A stretch of DNA of 64,000 nt from Eledone cirrhosa (lineage: Eukaryota): positions 434,558,001 to 434,622,000 of the forward strand of contig OZ024740.1 of the NCBI GenBank assembly GCA_964016885.1, given 5' to 3'. The notes under the pieces were generated by a model, which ran no database searches, was not told the origin of the DNA, and saw only the letters and a program-made list of their open reading frames with translations. Every line of letters starts with the position of its first letter. The stretch's first letter is position 1. Position numbers and translations under genes: made by a program. Below, in pieces: positions 48,266-60,770 of the stretch.

Positions 48266-49042
48266 TTATTCTGTGTTTACTGTTGTATTTTCACAGTAAA
48301 AGGCTTTACTCACATAATTATCTAACATAATATCGAAGTTACAAGATTTTGATGATAATATTTTGTGAATACCTTAACATAAGTATGAGTAGCTGGTTAC
48401 AGCTGGTTTGAACAAAAAGGTGAGAGAATTCTGGCTGGATATGGTTGGTTTAAATGCTAAAGGGTTATACAGATGTAAAACAGTTGAGTTTTAGTTACTG
48501 AATGCTTAAAAAGATGTAGAGACATCTTTAGTGCAATGTTTTTCAAGGTCTAAGTTCTTCATACCATCACACTTGTTATATATACTGAAAACTGTTTTCT
48601 TCATTTCATAAAATGAAAGGAGAATGATATTTTAAGCCAGTAAAAGAGAAAAATAATGAATTCAATTCAGTCTGAATACAATAATAATTATTTTATATTT
48701 GGCACAGTTGTCTTGTTTTTTAATTATTTCTTTTCTGTTATATTTAAATTTGTGTATCATACACTGATATTTAAAATTTTGTATCTTATATAAACCGATA
48801 TTTAAAATTTACGTCCCTTTGAGGCAGATAAAAGTACCAGTCTAGTACTGGGATTGATTCTTCCTCTATTTCTTTTTCTCTTTCTCTCATTCTCCTTCTC
48901 TGTGTTCAGAACTGGAGAGATGGGCTCCACCAGGTTTTAAATGCCCCAAAAAACACTGCCACTACAGTGGCCCTGTGACTCCAACAAGATTCACAGGACA
49001 ATACCAGACCATCTTTTATTGATATCTAAAATTGTGTATCTC

Positions 49043-49221
49043 ATACAAAGAGGTGCTGAAAAGTTCCTGGCTTTAAGAGGCCTGGATGGAGACCCAACCT
49101 TCTGATTTCTTTTTAGAGCGATTAGAAAAAGTGAAGGACCTCTGCAATAAGTGTGTGAATCTGGGAGGAGAATATGTTGAATAAAATCATAACTGACCCT
49201 CCTTTTCAGCCCCCCTCATAT
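49043..49221. mobile_element. mariner-like MITE
   Basis: Imperfect terminal inverted repeats TACAAAGAGGTGCTGAAAAG / CTTTTCAGCCCCCCTCATA with TA ends. Confidence 0.65.
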
Positions 49222-50033
49222 AGTGATATTTGAAATTGTGTATCTTACTCTAAAACCAGAATGCACAGTGTAAGTACACCATGTCCCTCCCCTATATTGT
49301 AAATGGCAGCTAAGAGGGTTATAGGAAGAACATGAGGGTGTAAACTTTTGCCCCAGAAACCCAAACCAGCATTTTTCCACTCTCAGCATCTTAATAATTT
49401 TGTTGACTCCCCCAAGAGAGGACTAAAACAATGGTGACTACAACAAGACTAAATATCTGCTGGATATTGTCATCTGTTTCTTGTTTGTTGTGTAAAGATC
49501 TAAATATACTTGTCTCTCTGCTCAGTTGAAACATTACAGGGATAACAATGTTTGACAAATCCCTGCCATGCTACCATTATAAATGTATTTTAACTTTCTC
49601 ATAAACTAATAATACCATAAATCCATAATTGTATGGAAGACACATGGTATGGGATATTAATTAGAATACTATTATTAATTGCTTGGTCATTGTATATCTA
49701 TAATTTCTTAACACCCAGGTCAAATCTGATCTTGCCAGCCATGATCAGCCCCCCCCCCCCTTTTTTTAGATTAGTATTTAGGGTGTTCGACTTGGTATCA
49801 TATTGTTATGGGTTTGATTCTTGGACAGAATGGTGTGTTGTGTTCTTGAGAATGGTGTGTTGTGTTTTATATTACTTATGTCCACTCACCTGAAAATAAG
49901 TACCAGGAGTAATTTTGTACGCTTAGTTGGTTAACTCTTGAGATCACACCATTCAATGAGTCACTTCTTTTTAAAAGATAGGGATGTGATTTGAGGGAGA
50001 TTTAGCTGCTATTAAACTGGTCAAGTGGCCATG

Positions 50034-50238
50034 TAGAGCAACATTGGCTCAAATAATTTTTGTTTTATTTTGTGATGTTGCATTAAAACAGTTGTTAAGA
50101 GATATCCATAATATATCTTTTAATAAAATCAGAATAGTTTTGATTTTATTAAAAGATATATTATGGATATCTCTTAACAACTGTTTTAATGCAGCATCAC
50201 AAAATAAAACAAAAATTATTTGAGCCAATGTGGCTCTA
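50034..50238. repeat. Near-perfect palindrome with about 98-bp arms
   Basis: TAGAGCAACATTGGCTCAAATAATT..AATAAAATCA / TGATTTTATT..AATTATTTGAGCCAATGTGGCTCTA. Confidence 0.97.
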
Positions 50239-50334
50239 AAAGTAGAGAAATGAAATGTTTTTTCTATTTAAGTGTTTACTTTTGTTTTTGTTTTAAATTT
50301 ATTGATCTGGTTTACTGATTATTATTTATTGCAG

Positions 50335-50398
50335 GGAAACATCAAAGATCTTGTCCGCAATGAACTTTGTGCTGCTTATTACGTGAAGTCAATTTCAA
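50335..50398 (+). CDS. Choline transporter-like exon D
   Basis: ttgcag / gtaaag; 64 nt, phases fit both neighbours. Encodes GNIKDLVRNELCAAYYVKSIS. Confidence 0.88.
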
Positions 50399-50839
50399 GT
50401 AAAGTATTACTTCTTTTAGCTTTGACAGAAACCTATACTGTGGTAATTAACCTATACTTAATTACCAGCTGCTTTAATTACAGCAACTTGTAGTCATTTC
50501 TACAATCCATTTATTTCCACCAGCCACCTTCTCAGACCTGGGTTAATTTAATCACGTCACTTATTATAGACATTTTTACAGAATAAATATGAAAGAAATG
50601 TGGCAAGGTTAAAATCTGATTGATAGGTCTTCCTTCCAGCAGTTTTTTCTCAAGTTGTTGTTTTTGTTGTTTAGCCTCAAATAACTGAAATAATACAATC
50701 AGAAATATAAATGTCTGAAATGGGATTCCTTATAAAAGAGAGTTCTGTTGTTTCATTGAAGTTTTTATTCTAACCACCAACCATAAAAATCCTTTACAGA
50801 TAAGTATTAAATCAGTTTTGGTTATTGGGTTGCATTCAG

Positions 50840-53190
50840 TAGCCAGAAGGGAGGTAGGTGTAACAGCCACGAGGGAGGTAGGTGTAACAGCTAGAAGGGA
50901 GGTAGGTGTAACAGCCAGAAGGGAGGTAGGTGTAACAGCTAGAAGGGAGGTAGGTGTAACAGCCACGAGGGAGGTAGGTGTAACAGCCAGAAGGAAGGTA
51001 GGTGTAACAGCCACGAGGGAGGTAGGTGTAACAGCCAGAAGGGAGGTAGGTGTAACAGCCAGAAGGGAGGTAGGTGTAACAGCCACGAGGGAGGTAGGTG
51101 TAACAGCCACGAGGGAGGTAGGTGTAACAGCCACGAGGGAGGTAGGTGTAACAGCTAGAAGGGAGGTAGGTGTAACAGCCATGAGGGAGGTAGGTGTAAC
51201 AGCCACGAGTGAGGTAGGTGTAACAGCCACGAGGGAGGTAGGTGTAACAGCCAGAAGAGAGGTAGGTGTAACAGCCACGAGGGAGGTAGGTGTAACAGCC
51301 ACGAGGGAGGTAGGTGTAACAGCCACGAGGGAGGTAGGTGTAACAGCCAGAAGGGAGGTAGGTGTAACAGCCAGAAGGGAGGTAGGTGAACAGCCACGAG
51401 GGAGGTAGGTGTAACAGCCAGAAGGGAGGTAGGTGAACAGCCACGAGGGAGGTAGGTGTAACAGCCAGAAGGGAGGTAGGTGAACTGCCACGAGGGAGGT
51501 AGGTGTAACAGCCAGAAGGGAGGTAGGTGTAACAGCCAGAAGGGAGGTAGGTGTAACAGCCAGAAGAGAGGTAGGTGTAACAGCCACGAGGGAGGTAGGT
51601 GTAACAGCCACGAGGGAGGTAGGTGTAACAGCCAGAAGGGAGGTAGGTGTAACAGCCACGAGGGAGGTAGGTGAACAGCCACGAGGGAGGTAGGTGTAAC
51701 AGCCAGAAGGGAGGTAGGTGAGCAGCCACGAGGGAGGTAGGTGTAACAGCCAGAAGGGAGGTAGGTGTAACAGCCAGAAGGGAGGTAGGTGTAACAGCCA
51801 GAAGGGAGGTAGGTGTAACAGCCAGAAGAGAGGTAGGTGTAACAGCCACGAGGGAGGTAGGTGTAACAGCCACGAGGGAGGTAGGTGTAACAGCCTGAAG
51901 GGAGGTAGGTGTAACAGCCACGAGGGAGGTAGGTGTAACAGCCAGAAGAGAGGTAGGTGTAACAGCCACGAGGGAGGTAGGTGTAACAGCCAGAAGGGAG
52001 GTAGGTGTAACAGCCACGGGGGAGGTAGGTGTAACAGCCAGAAGGGAGGTAGGTGTAACAGCCACGAGGGAGGTAGGTGTAACAGCCAGAAGGGAGGTAG
52101 GTGTAACAGCCAGAAGAGAGGTAGGTGTAACAGCCACGAGGGAGGTAGGTGTAACAGCCACGAGGGAGGTAGGTGTAACAGCCAGAAGGGAGGTAGGTGT
52201 AACAGCCACGAGGGAGGTAGGTGTAACAGCCAGAAGGGAGGTAGGTGTAACAGCCACGAGGGAGGTAGGTGTAACAGCCACGAGGGAGGTAGGTGTAACA
52301 GCCAGAAGGGAGGTAGGTGTAACAGCCAGAAGGAAGGTAGGTGTAACAGCCAGAAGGGAGGTAGGTGTAACAGCCATGAGGGAGGTAGGTGTAACAGCCA
52401 GAAGGGAGGTAGGTGTAACAGCCAGAAGGGAGGTAGGTGTAACAGCCAGAAGGAAGGTAGGTGTAACAGCCAGAAGGGAGGTAGATGTAACAGCCACGAG
52501 GGAGGTAGGTGTAACAGCCACGAGGGAGGTAGGTGTAACAGCCAGAAGGGAGGTAGGTGTAACAGCTAGAAGGGAGGTAGGTGTAACAGCCAGAAGAGAG
52601 GTAGGTGTAACAGCCACGAGGGAGGTAGGTGTAACAGCCAGAAGGGAGGTAGGTGTAACAGCCAGAAGGGAGGTAGGTGTAACAGCCAGAAGGGAGGTAG
52701 GTGTAACAGCCAGAAGGGAGGTAGGTGTAACAGCCAGAAGGGAGGTAGGTGTAACAGCCACGAGGGAGGTAGGTGTAACAGCCACGAGGGAGGTAGGTGT
52801 AACAGCTAGAAGGGAGGTAGGTGTAACAGCCAGAAGGGAGGTAGGTGTAACAGCCAGAAGGGAGGTAGGTGTAACAGCCACGAGGGAGGTAGGTGAACAG
52901 CCACGAGGGAGGTAGGTGTAACAGCCACGAGGGAGGTAGGTGTAACAGCCACGAGGGAGGTAGGTGTAACAGCCAGAAGGGAGGTAGGTGTAACAGCCAG
53001 AAGGGAGGTAGGTGTAACAGCCAGAAGAGAGGTAGGTGTAACAGCCACGAGGGAGGTAGGTGTAACAGCCAGGAGGGAGGTAGGTGTAACAGCCACGAGG
53101 GAGGTAGGTGAACAGCCACGAGGGAGGTAGGTGTAACAGCCACGAGGGAGGTAGGTGTAACAGCCACGAGGGAGGTAGGTGTAACAGCCA
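50840..53190. repeat. 24-bp G-rich minisatellite GGGAGGTAGGTGTAACAGCC(AGAA/ACGA), about 98 units
   Basis: Seen directly; occasional 22-bp units lack TA. Confidence 0.99.
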
Positions 53191-53671
53191 AACACCCTAT
53201 CTTCAATTTGGTATTTGTGCCAACCCTTACCTATGGTCATGAACCTTGGGTAATGACCTAAAGTATACGATCGCAAATACAAGTAGCGAAAATAGGATTC
53301 CTTTGAAGGGTCTTTGGAGTAATGTTACTTGATAGAGCACGTAGCTTGGGAGGTGAGGGTGTCACTCCAGGTAGAGCCTGGGTTGAGAAATCACAGCTCC
53401 AATACTATAGACATGTGGTGAGAATGTCTCAGGAAAGAACCACTTGACAGATTTTATGGGCAAGATCAACCAGCAGGAGACCCTTGAGTAGACACTGAGC
53501 AGGAGAGTATCAGTTGGAGATGGTGGCTTCTGACCCACTGGAAGGAGTGTTTCAGGACTCTTTCCCCACGACCACTTTCAGGAATAAGAAGAAGCAGCCT
53601 CAGATAAACTCTGATTCAACTGATTTATGATTAAAAGCATCCCAGCCATGACCTTCCTATATAATGTATTA

Positions 53672-54163
53672 GTGGTTATGTAGGTGTCACAACAAAAAGC
53701 ACTCAGTCCACACTGTAAAGTGGTCATGTAGGTGTCACAACAAAAAGCACTCAGTCCACACTGTAAAGTGGTCATGTAGGTGTCACAACAAAAAGCACCC
53801 AGTCCACACTGTAAAGTGGTCATGTAGGTGTCACAACAAACAGCACCCAGTCCACACTGTAAAGTGGTCATGTAGGTGTCACAACAAAATGCACCCAGTC
53901 CACACTGTAAAGTCGTTATGTAAGTGTCACAACAAAAAGTACCCAGTCCACACTGTAAAGTAGTCATGTAGGTGTTGCAACAAAAAGCACCCAGTACTTA
54001 CTGAAAATGTGGTTGGTGTTAGGAAGGGCATCCAGCTGTAGAAACCAAGCCAAAATCAGCTGTCTGAGTAAAACATGGCAGCCAGACCTGGTTGTCTCAC
54101 AAGAGGACAGCCCCGTCTAACCCATGCTACCGTGAAAAATGGACGTTAAACGATGATGATGAT
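53672..54163 (+). repeat. 48-bp minisatellite (about 7 units) derived from, and continuous with, an RTE-tail element
   Basis: Unit GTGGTCATGTAGGTGTCACAACAAAAAGCACCCAGTCCACACTGTAAA runs into GGTTGGTGTTAGGAAGGGCATCCAG..GGACGTTAAACGATGATGAT. Confidence 0.92.
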
Positions 54164-54714
54164 ACAGGGCCTAGTGGGGGAGAGGGGGTAAACATAGTAT
54201 AGTAGATACAGAGGGTTTAGTGGGGGTGGGGGGAACACATGAAGGGGTTATAAGAAAAGTGGCTGCATCAAATGGGTTTCAGTAGGTGTTGTACAGAGAC
54301 GGCATAATTGAAAGAGCAGAAACTCAGGACCTCTGAGAGTAATTAGGGTGTATGTCTCTTTGTGGCCCCCTCTTCAAATGTGAATACTAGTCATCAATAT
54401 ATGCAAGCATTTTGAGATTTTTGGAAATTCCCAGTCCTGGCTAAGATGTATTCATTCCACTGCAAAAACCATTCTAGTAGCAAATGGAAGGAACCAATGG
54501 AAAATACACAACAGTTTGAAAGACAAATATTTATTATACTGGTAGATGAGGACTGTCAGATGGACATAGGTGAGGTCTTCTGTGTCAGATGGACACCTAT
54601 ACTTTCTACTTCTTTAAAATAATGTTTATATATTTTCCTATATTCTGTTGTATATATTTGTATTCAGGTTTTGCATATTGTTTTTGGCCGGTCAATGTCT
54701 TTTCTTTATTCCAG

Positions 54715-54850
54715 TTGCTCATCGTTGTATCCCTGCTGTATTTAAAACAAAGAGCATGTATGATGTTCTTCAGAGCGGCAATAGTACCGTTAAATTAATG
54801 TCTAAAGATGGCGACGAGGTCACACCAAATGCTTTGGCTTTAGCAACAAG
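54715..54850 (+). CDS. Choline transporter-like exon E
   Basis: ttccag / gtaggt; phases fit. Encodes IAHRCIPAVFK...ALALATR (CTL RCxP motif). Confidence 0.9.
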
Positions 54851-54924
54851 GTAGGTTTTTCAGTCATAGAGAGAAAATTCTTCAATGTTTTTTCTTTGTC
54901 TTTATATATATATATATGCGTAAA

Positions 54925-55240
54925 ACAGTTAAGACCCCCTTTGGTCACAAATGACCATGGGATTTGTGCCTAGAAAGTTTCCCCTCTGAGGCACATCATC
55001 TGGGCTAGGTTGTTTGTGGAAGACTGACAGTCATCCATGTATACCAGTCTCCTCTCTCTCCAGAAGGGGAAGGCAATGGCCGATATAACTTGGCACTAAT
55101 AATGTCACAACTCTACAGCTGAGTAAACTGGAGCAACATGAAATAGTCTTGCTCAAGGACACAACACATCACCTGGTCTGAGAATCACTCACAACCCCAT
55201 GATTGCAAAGCCAATGCTCTAACCATTAAACCATGAGCCT
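54925..55240 (-). mobile_element. tRNA-derived SINE, degenerate
   Basis: Minus strand has a head TGGTTTAATGGTTAGAGCATTGG followed by the GTTGTGTCCTTGAGCAAGAC motif typical of SINE heads. Confidence 0.65.
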
Positions 55241-55659
55241 TCACACAAATAGATCGATATATAAATTATTAGCACAGATTAAAAGTTTAAGCCAAAAATT
55301 CACACTTTCACCCTCTTATATATATATGGTGGCTGCCAACTCGTTTTCGAGTATGGCCACTACTTTATATCCATGTAGGAGAACCCCCACCAATGCGCTG
55401 AATGAGTGTGACTTTTTAGTCCAGCCAGCGACTTGAAAACTCTGGTACAATTATTGACACATAGTGCAATACACTTGACAATTATTGACACATAGTGCTG
55501 GGCCCATGGTACCATGTAACGGCAAGTGCAGAGAGATCTCCAGATATAAAGCAATGCCTGTGCCGTGAAGCTTTTATAGTGAGCAAAGGCACTGCACAAA
55601 GCCAGTCTCACTCTCTTAACCAAGATGATATTTACCAAAAAGAATAACAAGTCAACATC

Positions 55660-55945
55660 ATTGGATACCATCAGGGTTGCAGGTGTTATATCAGAGTTTT
55701 CCTTCTCCTAGAATTCTGCCTTGACAAAGGCTAAGGGGTCATCTCTCCCGGTGATTTTGGATGGCCATTGACTCTTAAGAACTCCTTTGACCTTTGACAG
55801 GTTTTGTTTTTAGTCCTGCAGGATGTCCAAAGTCACCCTCCTCACCAAGAAACCTTGGTGGGGTTGCCAGTTTAGTCGCCAACGACCCGACCATGAGACA
55901 GGTTGTACTGGGATACATGTTACCAGTAGCACCAACTGGTGACCT
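55660..55945 (-). mobile_element. Probable RTE-type 5'UTR remnant
   Basis: Minus strand has GTCGTTGGCGACTAAA and TTAGCCTTTGTCAAGGCA..CTAGGAGAAGGAAAACTCTGA, resembling RTE 5'UTRs (recalled, not searched). Confidence 0.45.
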
Positions 55946-56536
55946 GACCATATATATATACATACACACCATGCTAGCGTGGAAGATGGACGTTAAACGA
56001 AGATGATGATGATACACACACATACATATAAAGAAGCTATATCAGCTCATAATATGGTAATTTATTATAATAAACTGTACACATGGCTACGTATCATATT
56101 TCTTTAAAAAAAAATTTTCTCCCAAAAAGCATGTAAACGAATTCCTATTGTGTTAAATTAATTACACATGGAGCAAATTATTCATTAAGATATATTGCCA
56201 AATACAAATTCACAGCAAATTTTGATTTACAAATGTTTCATCCTATCAAAATCAAACATTTTATAAATAATTACCTCAACACGTTCTTCTTTTTAAACAC
56301 ACAAAAATCCCGGAGAATCTTTTACATTTTACAAACCTCCATTAGTCAGCAACGAGATATAATATTTGTCTTGTGCAGTATGATGTTTGTACCGACATTC
56401 AAACGAATGTCAAATATCAAAATATTCTTGTAACGAAAAGCAATGTCACTTTCACCATAAATTCATTATAAATACATTCATCGTTATGTCCATCATTAAC
56501 TTTTCAGATGATCTCACTCTTTTCTCTTATTTTTAG

Positions 56537-56620
56537 ATTCCTCATCGATTTTCACAAATTTCAGGAATATGGAGAGATGATATTCAGTGACATTAAAAAT
56601 TCCTGGCTGCTTATTGTAGT
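56537..56620 (+). CDS. Choline transporter-like exon F
   Basis: ttttag / gtaagt; phases fit. Encodes FLIDFHKFQEYGEMIFSDIKNSWLLIV (CTL IFxDxxxSW motif). Confidence 0.9.
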
Positions 56621-56675
56621 GTAAGTGTTTGTGTTGTGTATATATGTGTGTATATACATTTATATATGTGGTGTG

Positions 56676-56709
<34 letters not shown>

Positions 56710-56835
56710 GTGTATATATATTTATATATATATATACATTTATATATATATGTGGTGTGTATATATATATATATATGAGTGTGTGTGGTGTATATACATT
56801 TATATATATATGTGGTGTGTAGATATATATATGTG

Positions 56836-56867
<32 letters not shown>

Positions 56868-56872
<5 letters not shown>

Positions 56873-57121
56873 GGTGTCATGGCAAAAACACAGTCCACGC
56901 TGTAATGTGGTCGTGTAGGTAACACGGTAAAAAGTTCCCAGTTCCACACTGTAAATGTGGTTGATGTTAGGAAGGGCATCCAGCCGTAGAAAACCTGCCA
57001 GACAGTCCTATATGAGCGAGACATGGTCACCCGACCAACCTTGTCTCAAATGGGACAACTCCCGTCTAACCCATGTTAGCGTGGAAGATGGACGTTAAAC
57101 GAAGATGATGATGATGATGAT
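56868..57121 (+). mobile_element. RTE family B tail fragment
   Basis: Matches 22995-23238 and, as reverse complement, 40334-40570. Confidence 0.9.
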
Positions 57122-57334
57122 ATATATATGTGGTATATATATATCTATATATATATATATATACATGTGTGATGTAGATATAGATATATACATATGTGGT
57201 ATATATAGATATATACATATGTGGTATATATATATACATGTGTGGTGTAGATATAGATATATACATGTGCGGTATATATATATATATATATACATGTGTG
57301 GTGTATATATACATGTGATATATATATATATATG

Positions 57335-57428
57335 TACCGGTAAAATTCTGTTATAACAACATTTTTTTTAATCCCCGGCCACATGTTTGATGTGTTGGGT
57401 CGATCCCGTTATAACAGAATTTCACTAT
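57335..57428. mobile_element. Short pogo-like MITE
   Basis: TIR-like GTAAAATTCTGTTATAAC / GTTATAACAGAATTTCAC in a TA context. Confidence 0.65.
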
Positions 57429-58855
57429 ATATATACACGTGTAGTGTATATACATACAAATGCATGTGTGGTGTGTATATATATATATATACACGTGTAG
57501 TGTATATACATACAAATGCATGTGTGGTGTGTATATATATATATATACACGTGTAGTGTATATACATACAAATGCATGTGTGGTGTGTATATATATATAT
57601 ATACACGTGTAGTGTATATACATACAAATGCATGTGTGGTGTGTATATATATATATATACACGTGTAGTGTATATACATACAAATGCATGTGTGGTGTGT
57701 ATATATATATATATACATACAAATGCATGTGTGGTGTGTATATATATATATATACACGTGTAGTGTATATACATACAAATGCATGTGTGGTGTGTATATA
57801 TATATATATACACGTGTAGTGTATATACATACAAATGCATGTGTGGTGTGTATATATATATATATACACGTGTAGTGTATATACATACAAATGCATGTGT
57901 GGTGTGTATATATATATATATACACGTGTAGTGTATATACATACAAATGCATGTGTGGTGTGTATATATATATATATACACGTGTAGTGTATATACATAC
58001 AAATGCATGTGTGGTGTGTATATATATATATACACGTGTAGTGTATATACATACAAATGCATGTGTGGTGTGTATATATATATATATACACGTGTAGTGT
58101 ATATACATACAAATGCATGTGTGGTGTGTATATATATATATACACGTGTAGTGTATATACATACAAATGCATGTGTGGTGTGTATATATATATATATATA
58201 CACGTGTAGTGTATATACATACAAATGCATGTGTGGTGTGTATATATATATATATACACGTGTAGTGTATATACATACAAATGCATGTGTGGTGTGTATA
58301 TATATATATATACACGTGTAGTGTATATACATACAAATGCATGTGTGGTGTGTATATATATATATATACACGTGTAGTGTATATACATACAAATGCATGT
58401 GTGGTGTGTATATATATATATATACACGTGTAGTGTATATACATACAAATGCATGTGTGGTGTGTATATATATATATATACACGTGTAGTGTATATACAT
58501 ACAAATGCATGTGTGGTGTGTATATATATATATATACACGTGTAGTGTATATACATACAAATGCATGTGTGGTGTGTATATATATATATATATACACGTG
58601 TAGTGTATATACATACAAATGCATGTGTGGTGTGTATATATATATATATACACGTGTAGTGTATATACATACAAATGCATGTGTGGTGTGTATATATATA
58701 TATATATGTGTGTAGTGTATATACATACAAATGCATGTGTGGTGTGTATATATATATATATACACGTGTAGTGTATATACATACAAATGCATGTGTGGTG
58801 TGTATATATATATATATATATGTGTGTAGTGTATATACATACAAATGTATGTGTG

Positions 58856-58888
<33 letters not shown>

Positions 58889-58985
58889 CATATATATACA
58901 TGTGTCTAGTGTATATATATATATATATAAATGCGTTTGTGGTGTATATATATATATACACACATGTAGTGTATATATACGTGTG
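57427..58985. repeat. About 56-bp minisatellite CACGTGTAGTGTATATACATACAAATGCATGTGTGGTGTG(TA)7-9, about 27 units
   Basis: Seen directly. Confidence 0.98.
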
Positions 58986-59138
58986 TGTAATGACATTTTA
59001 TTGTAGAGGTAAAGTGCTAAATATGCAAGCCATGAGTTCCAATCTCTGGAACAAATTTTGTTTTGTTTTTTTTATGAATAAGGCATCATTACAGGAACCC
59101 AGTTCAGTTTTTCTGGAAGAAACGGATGTTTAGGGAAT

Positions 59139-59502
59139 TGGTGTTCTGATAAACTGGTGTTCTGATAAACTGGTGCTCTGATAAACTGGTGTTCTGATAA
59201 ACTGGTGTTCTGATAAACTGGTGCTCTGATAAACTGGTGTTCTGATAAACTGGTGCTCTGATAAACTGGTGCTCTGATAAACTGGTGCTCTGATAAACTG
59301 GTGCTCTGATAAACTGGTGCTCTGATAAACTGGTGCTCTGATAAACTGGTGCTCTGATAAACTGGTGCTCTGATAAACTGGTGCTCTGATAAACTGGTGC
59401 TCTGCTAAACTGGTGCTCTGATAAACTGGTGTTCTGATAAACTGGTGCTCTGATAAACTGGTGCTCTGATAAACTGGTGCTCTGATAAACTGGTGCTCTG
59501 AT
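59139..59502. repeat. 16-bp minisatellite CTGGTG(C/T)TCTGATAAA, about 23 units
   Basis: Seen directly. Confidence 0.98.
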
Positions 59503-59675
59503 ACATTAATAGTATATTATGGTCAGCAGAGGGTTAAAGATTCTTTTGAAAAATGGTTTTTGACTATTGTGATTTGGAGTGTATATAGGGTTGGAATCAG
59601 ATACTGTATGAGATTATCTCTTTGATTGAACTGATATATTTTCTCAATGATTAATGCAAGATTTTCTGTTTACAG

Positions 59676-59788
59676 ATGTTTCCTGATTGCTGTATTGATA
59701 TCGTTGGTTTGGGTCGTCTTACTACGTTGTATTGCCGCTGTTCTCATTTGGGTGACTCTCATTGCCGCCTTTGCATTGCTTGGATTCA
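59676..59788 (+). CDS. Choline transporter-like exon G (transmembrane helices)
   Basis: ttacag / gtaagt; phases fit. Encodes CFLIAVLISLVWVVLLRCIAAVLIWVTLIAAFALLGF (CTL LLRxxAxxxxW). Confidence 0.92.
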
Positions 59789-60404
59789 GTAAGTCTCCTC
59801 TTCCTAATTACTTAAACTACATTTATACAAGCACACAGCCTCCATTTCAATTAACTCCTCACCATTTACATTACTCTATATTTTCACAGTAAAGGCTTTA
59901 CCTCACATAATATCTCACATAACATTTACATTACTCCATATGCACCAAGATACTCTCATGGAATGACCAAATGAGGTTTATTTCCAGAGACTATTCAACA
60001 GAGTCCCTGGAAAGAAACAATGTAGTTATTAAGAAGAGTTGAAATTAATGTATGCAAGATTTCACAGCTCTAGCATCACTCATTCATAGTCAGCCTATGA
60101 ACTTTTCAGCTAACCCTCATACTTCTGATTTTATTTCATTGCTTTTGTTCTCTCTCCCTTCTCCCTCTCACCCTTTCTTTTTCTAGCTCTGCCCCCACCT
60201 CCCACTCCATGAATCCGCATATAAAGTTCTCCTTTTCGATCTCCTGCTTTCGAGTGGCCAAAAGTAAAGAAACATTTGAGAAACTTGTTGAAACTTAATG
60301 GAAACTCATTATGTAATGGAGTTGTGAAACAAAAACTGTATTCTAAACAACACTTAAAATATTTTAACATCAAAATATTAAAATTTCATAAATATTTTTA
60401 TTTC

Positions 60405-60706
60405 TCTGTAAAGCTATGTTGGTACCACAACATCCAGTCCAAACTAATGGGGTTGTGTAGGTGTCACAACAAAAACACACAGTCCACACTGTAATGTGGC
60501 TGTGTAGGTAACATGGTAAAAACCTCCCAGTCCACACTGTAAACGTGGTTGGTGTTAGGAAGGGCATCCAGCCGTAGAAAACCTGCCAGACAGTCCTATA
60601 CGAGCGAGACACGGTCACCTGACCAATCTTGCCTCAAGTGGGACAATTTCCGTCTAACCCATGCTAGCGTGGAAGATAGACGTTAAATGTTGATGATGAT
60701 GATGAT
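60405..60706 (+). mobile_element. RTE family B tail fragment
   Basis: Same 3'UTR and (GAT)n end as the other copies. Confidence 0.9.
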
Positions 60707-60770
60707 ACTATTGTATTTTTACAGTAAAGTCTTTACCCCACATAATATCGAATCTATGAATTCACGAATT

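Noticed and set aside
47876-48467. piggyBac-like MITE (TAACCCTTTAG / CTAAAGGGTTA)
   Set aside because: Short TIR-like match without intact TTAA flanks; plausible but unsupported.
50730-53282. Long AVTPTSLL / GCYTYLP / TARREVGV ORFs
   Set aside because: Translations of the 24-bp minisatellite on both strands.
55860-55945. HDV-like ribozyme at minus-strand GTCGTTGGCGACTAAACTGG
   Set aside because: P4- and P2-like pieces are present but no P1 partner was found.
57351-59133. 500-aa YIYT/HTTH ORFs, and similar ORFs at 23-31 kb
   Set aside because: TA/CA microsatellite and 56-bp repeat artefacts.
9471-59788. Assigning a specific symbol (SLC44A2 vs A4 vs A5)
   Set aside because: The invertebrate gene is probably co-orthologous to these paralogues; not resolvable without a phylogeny.
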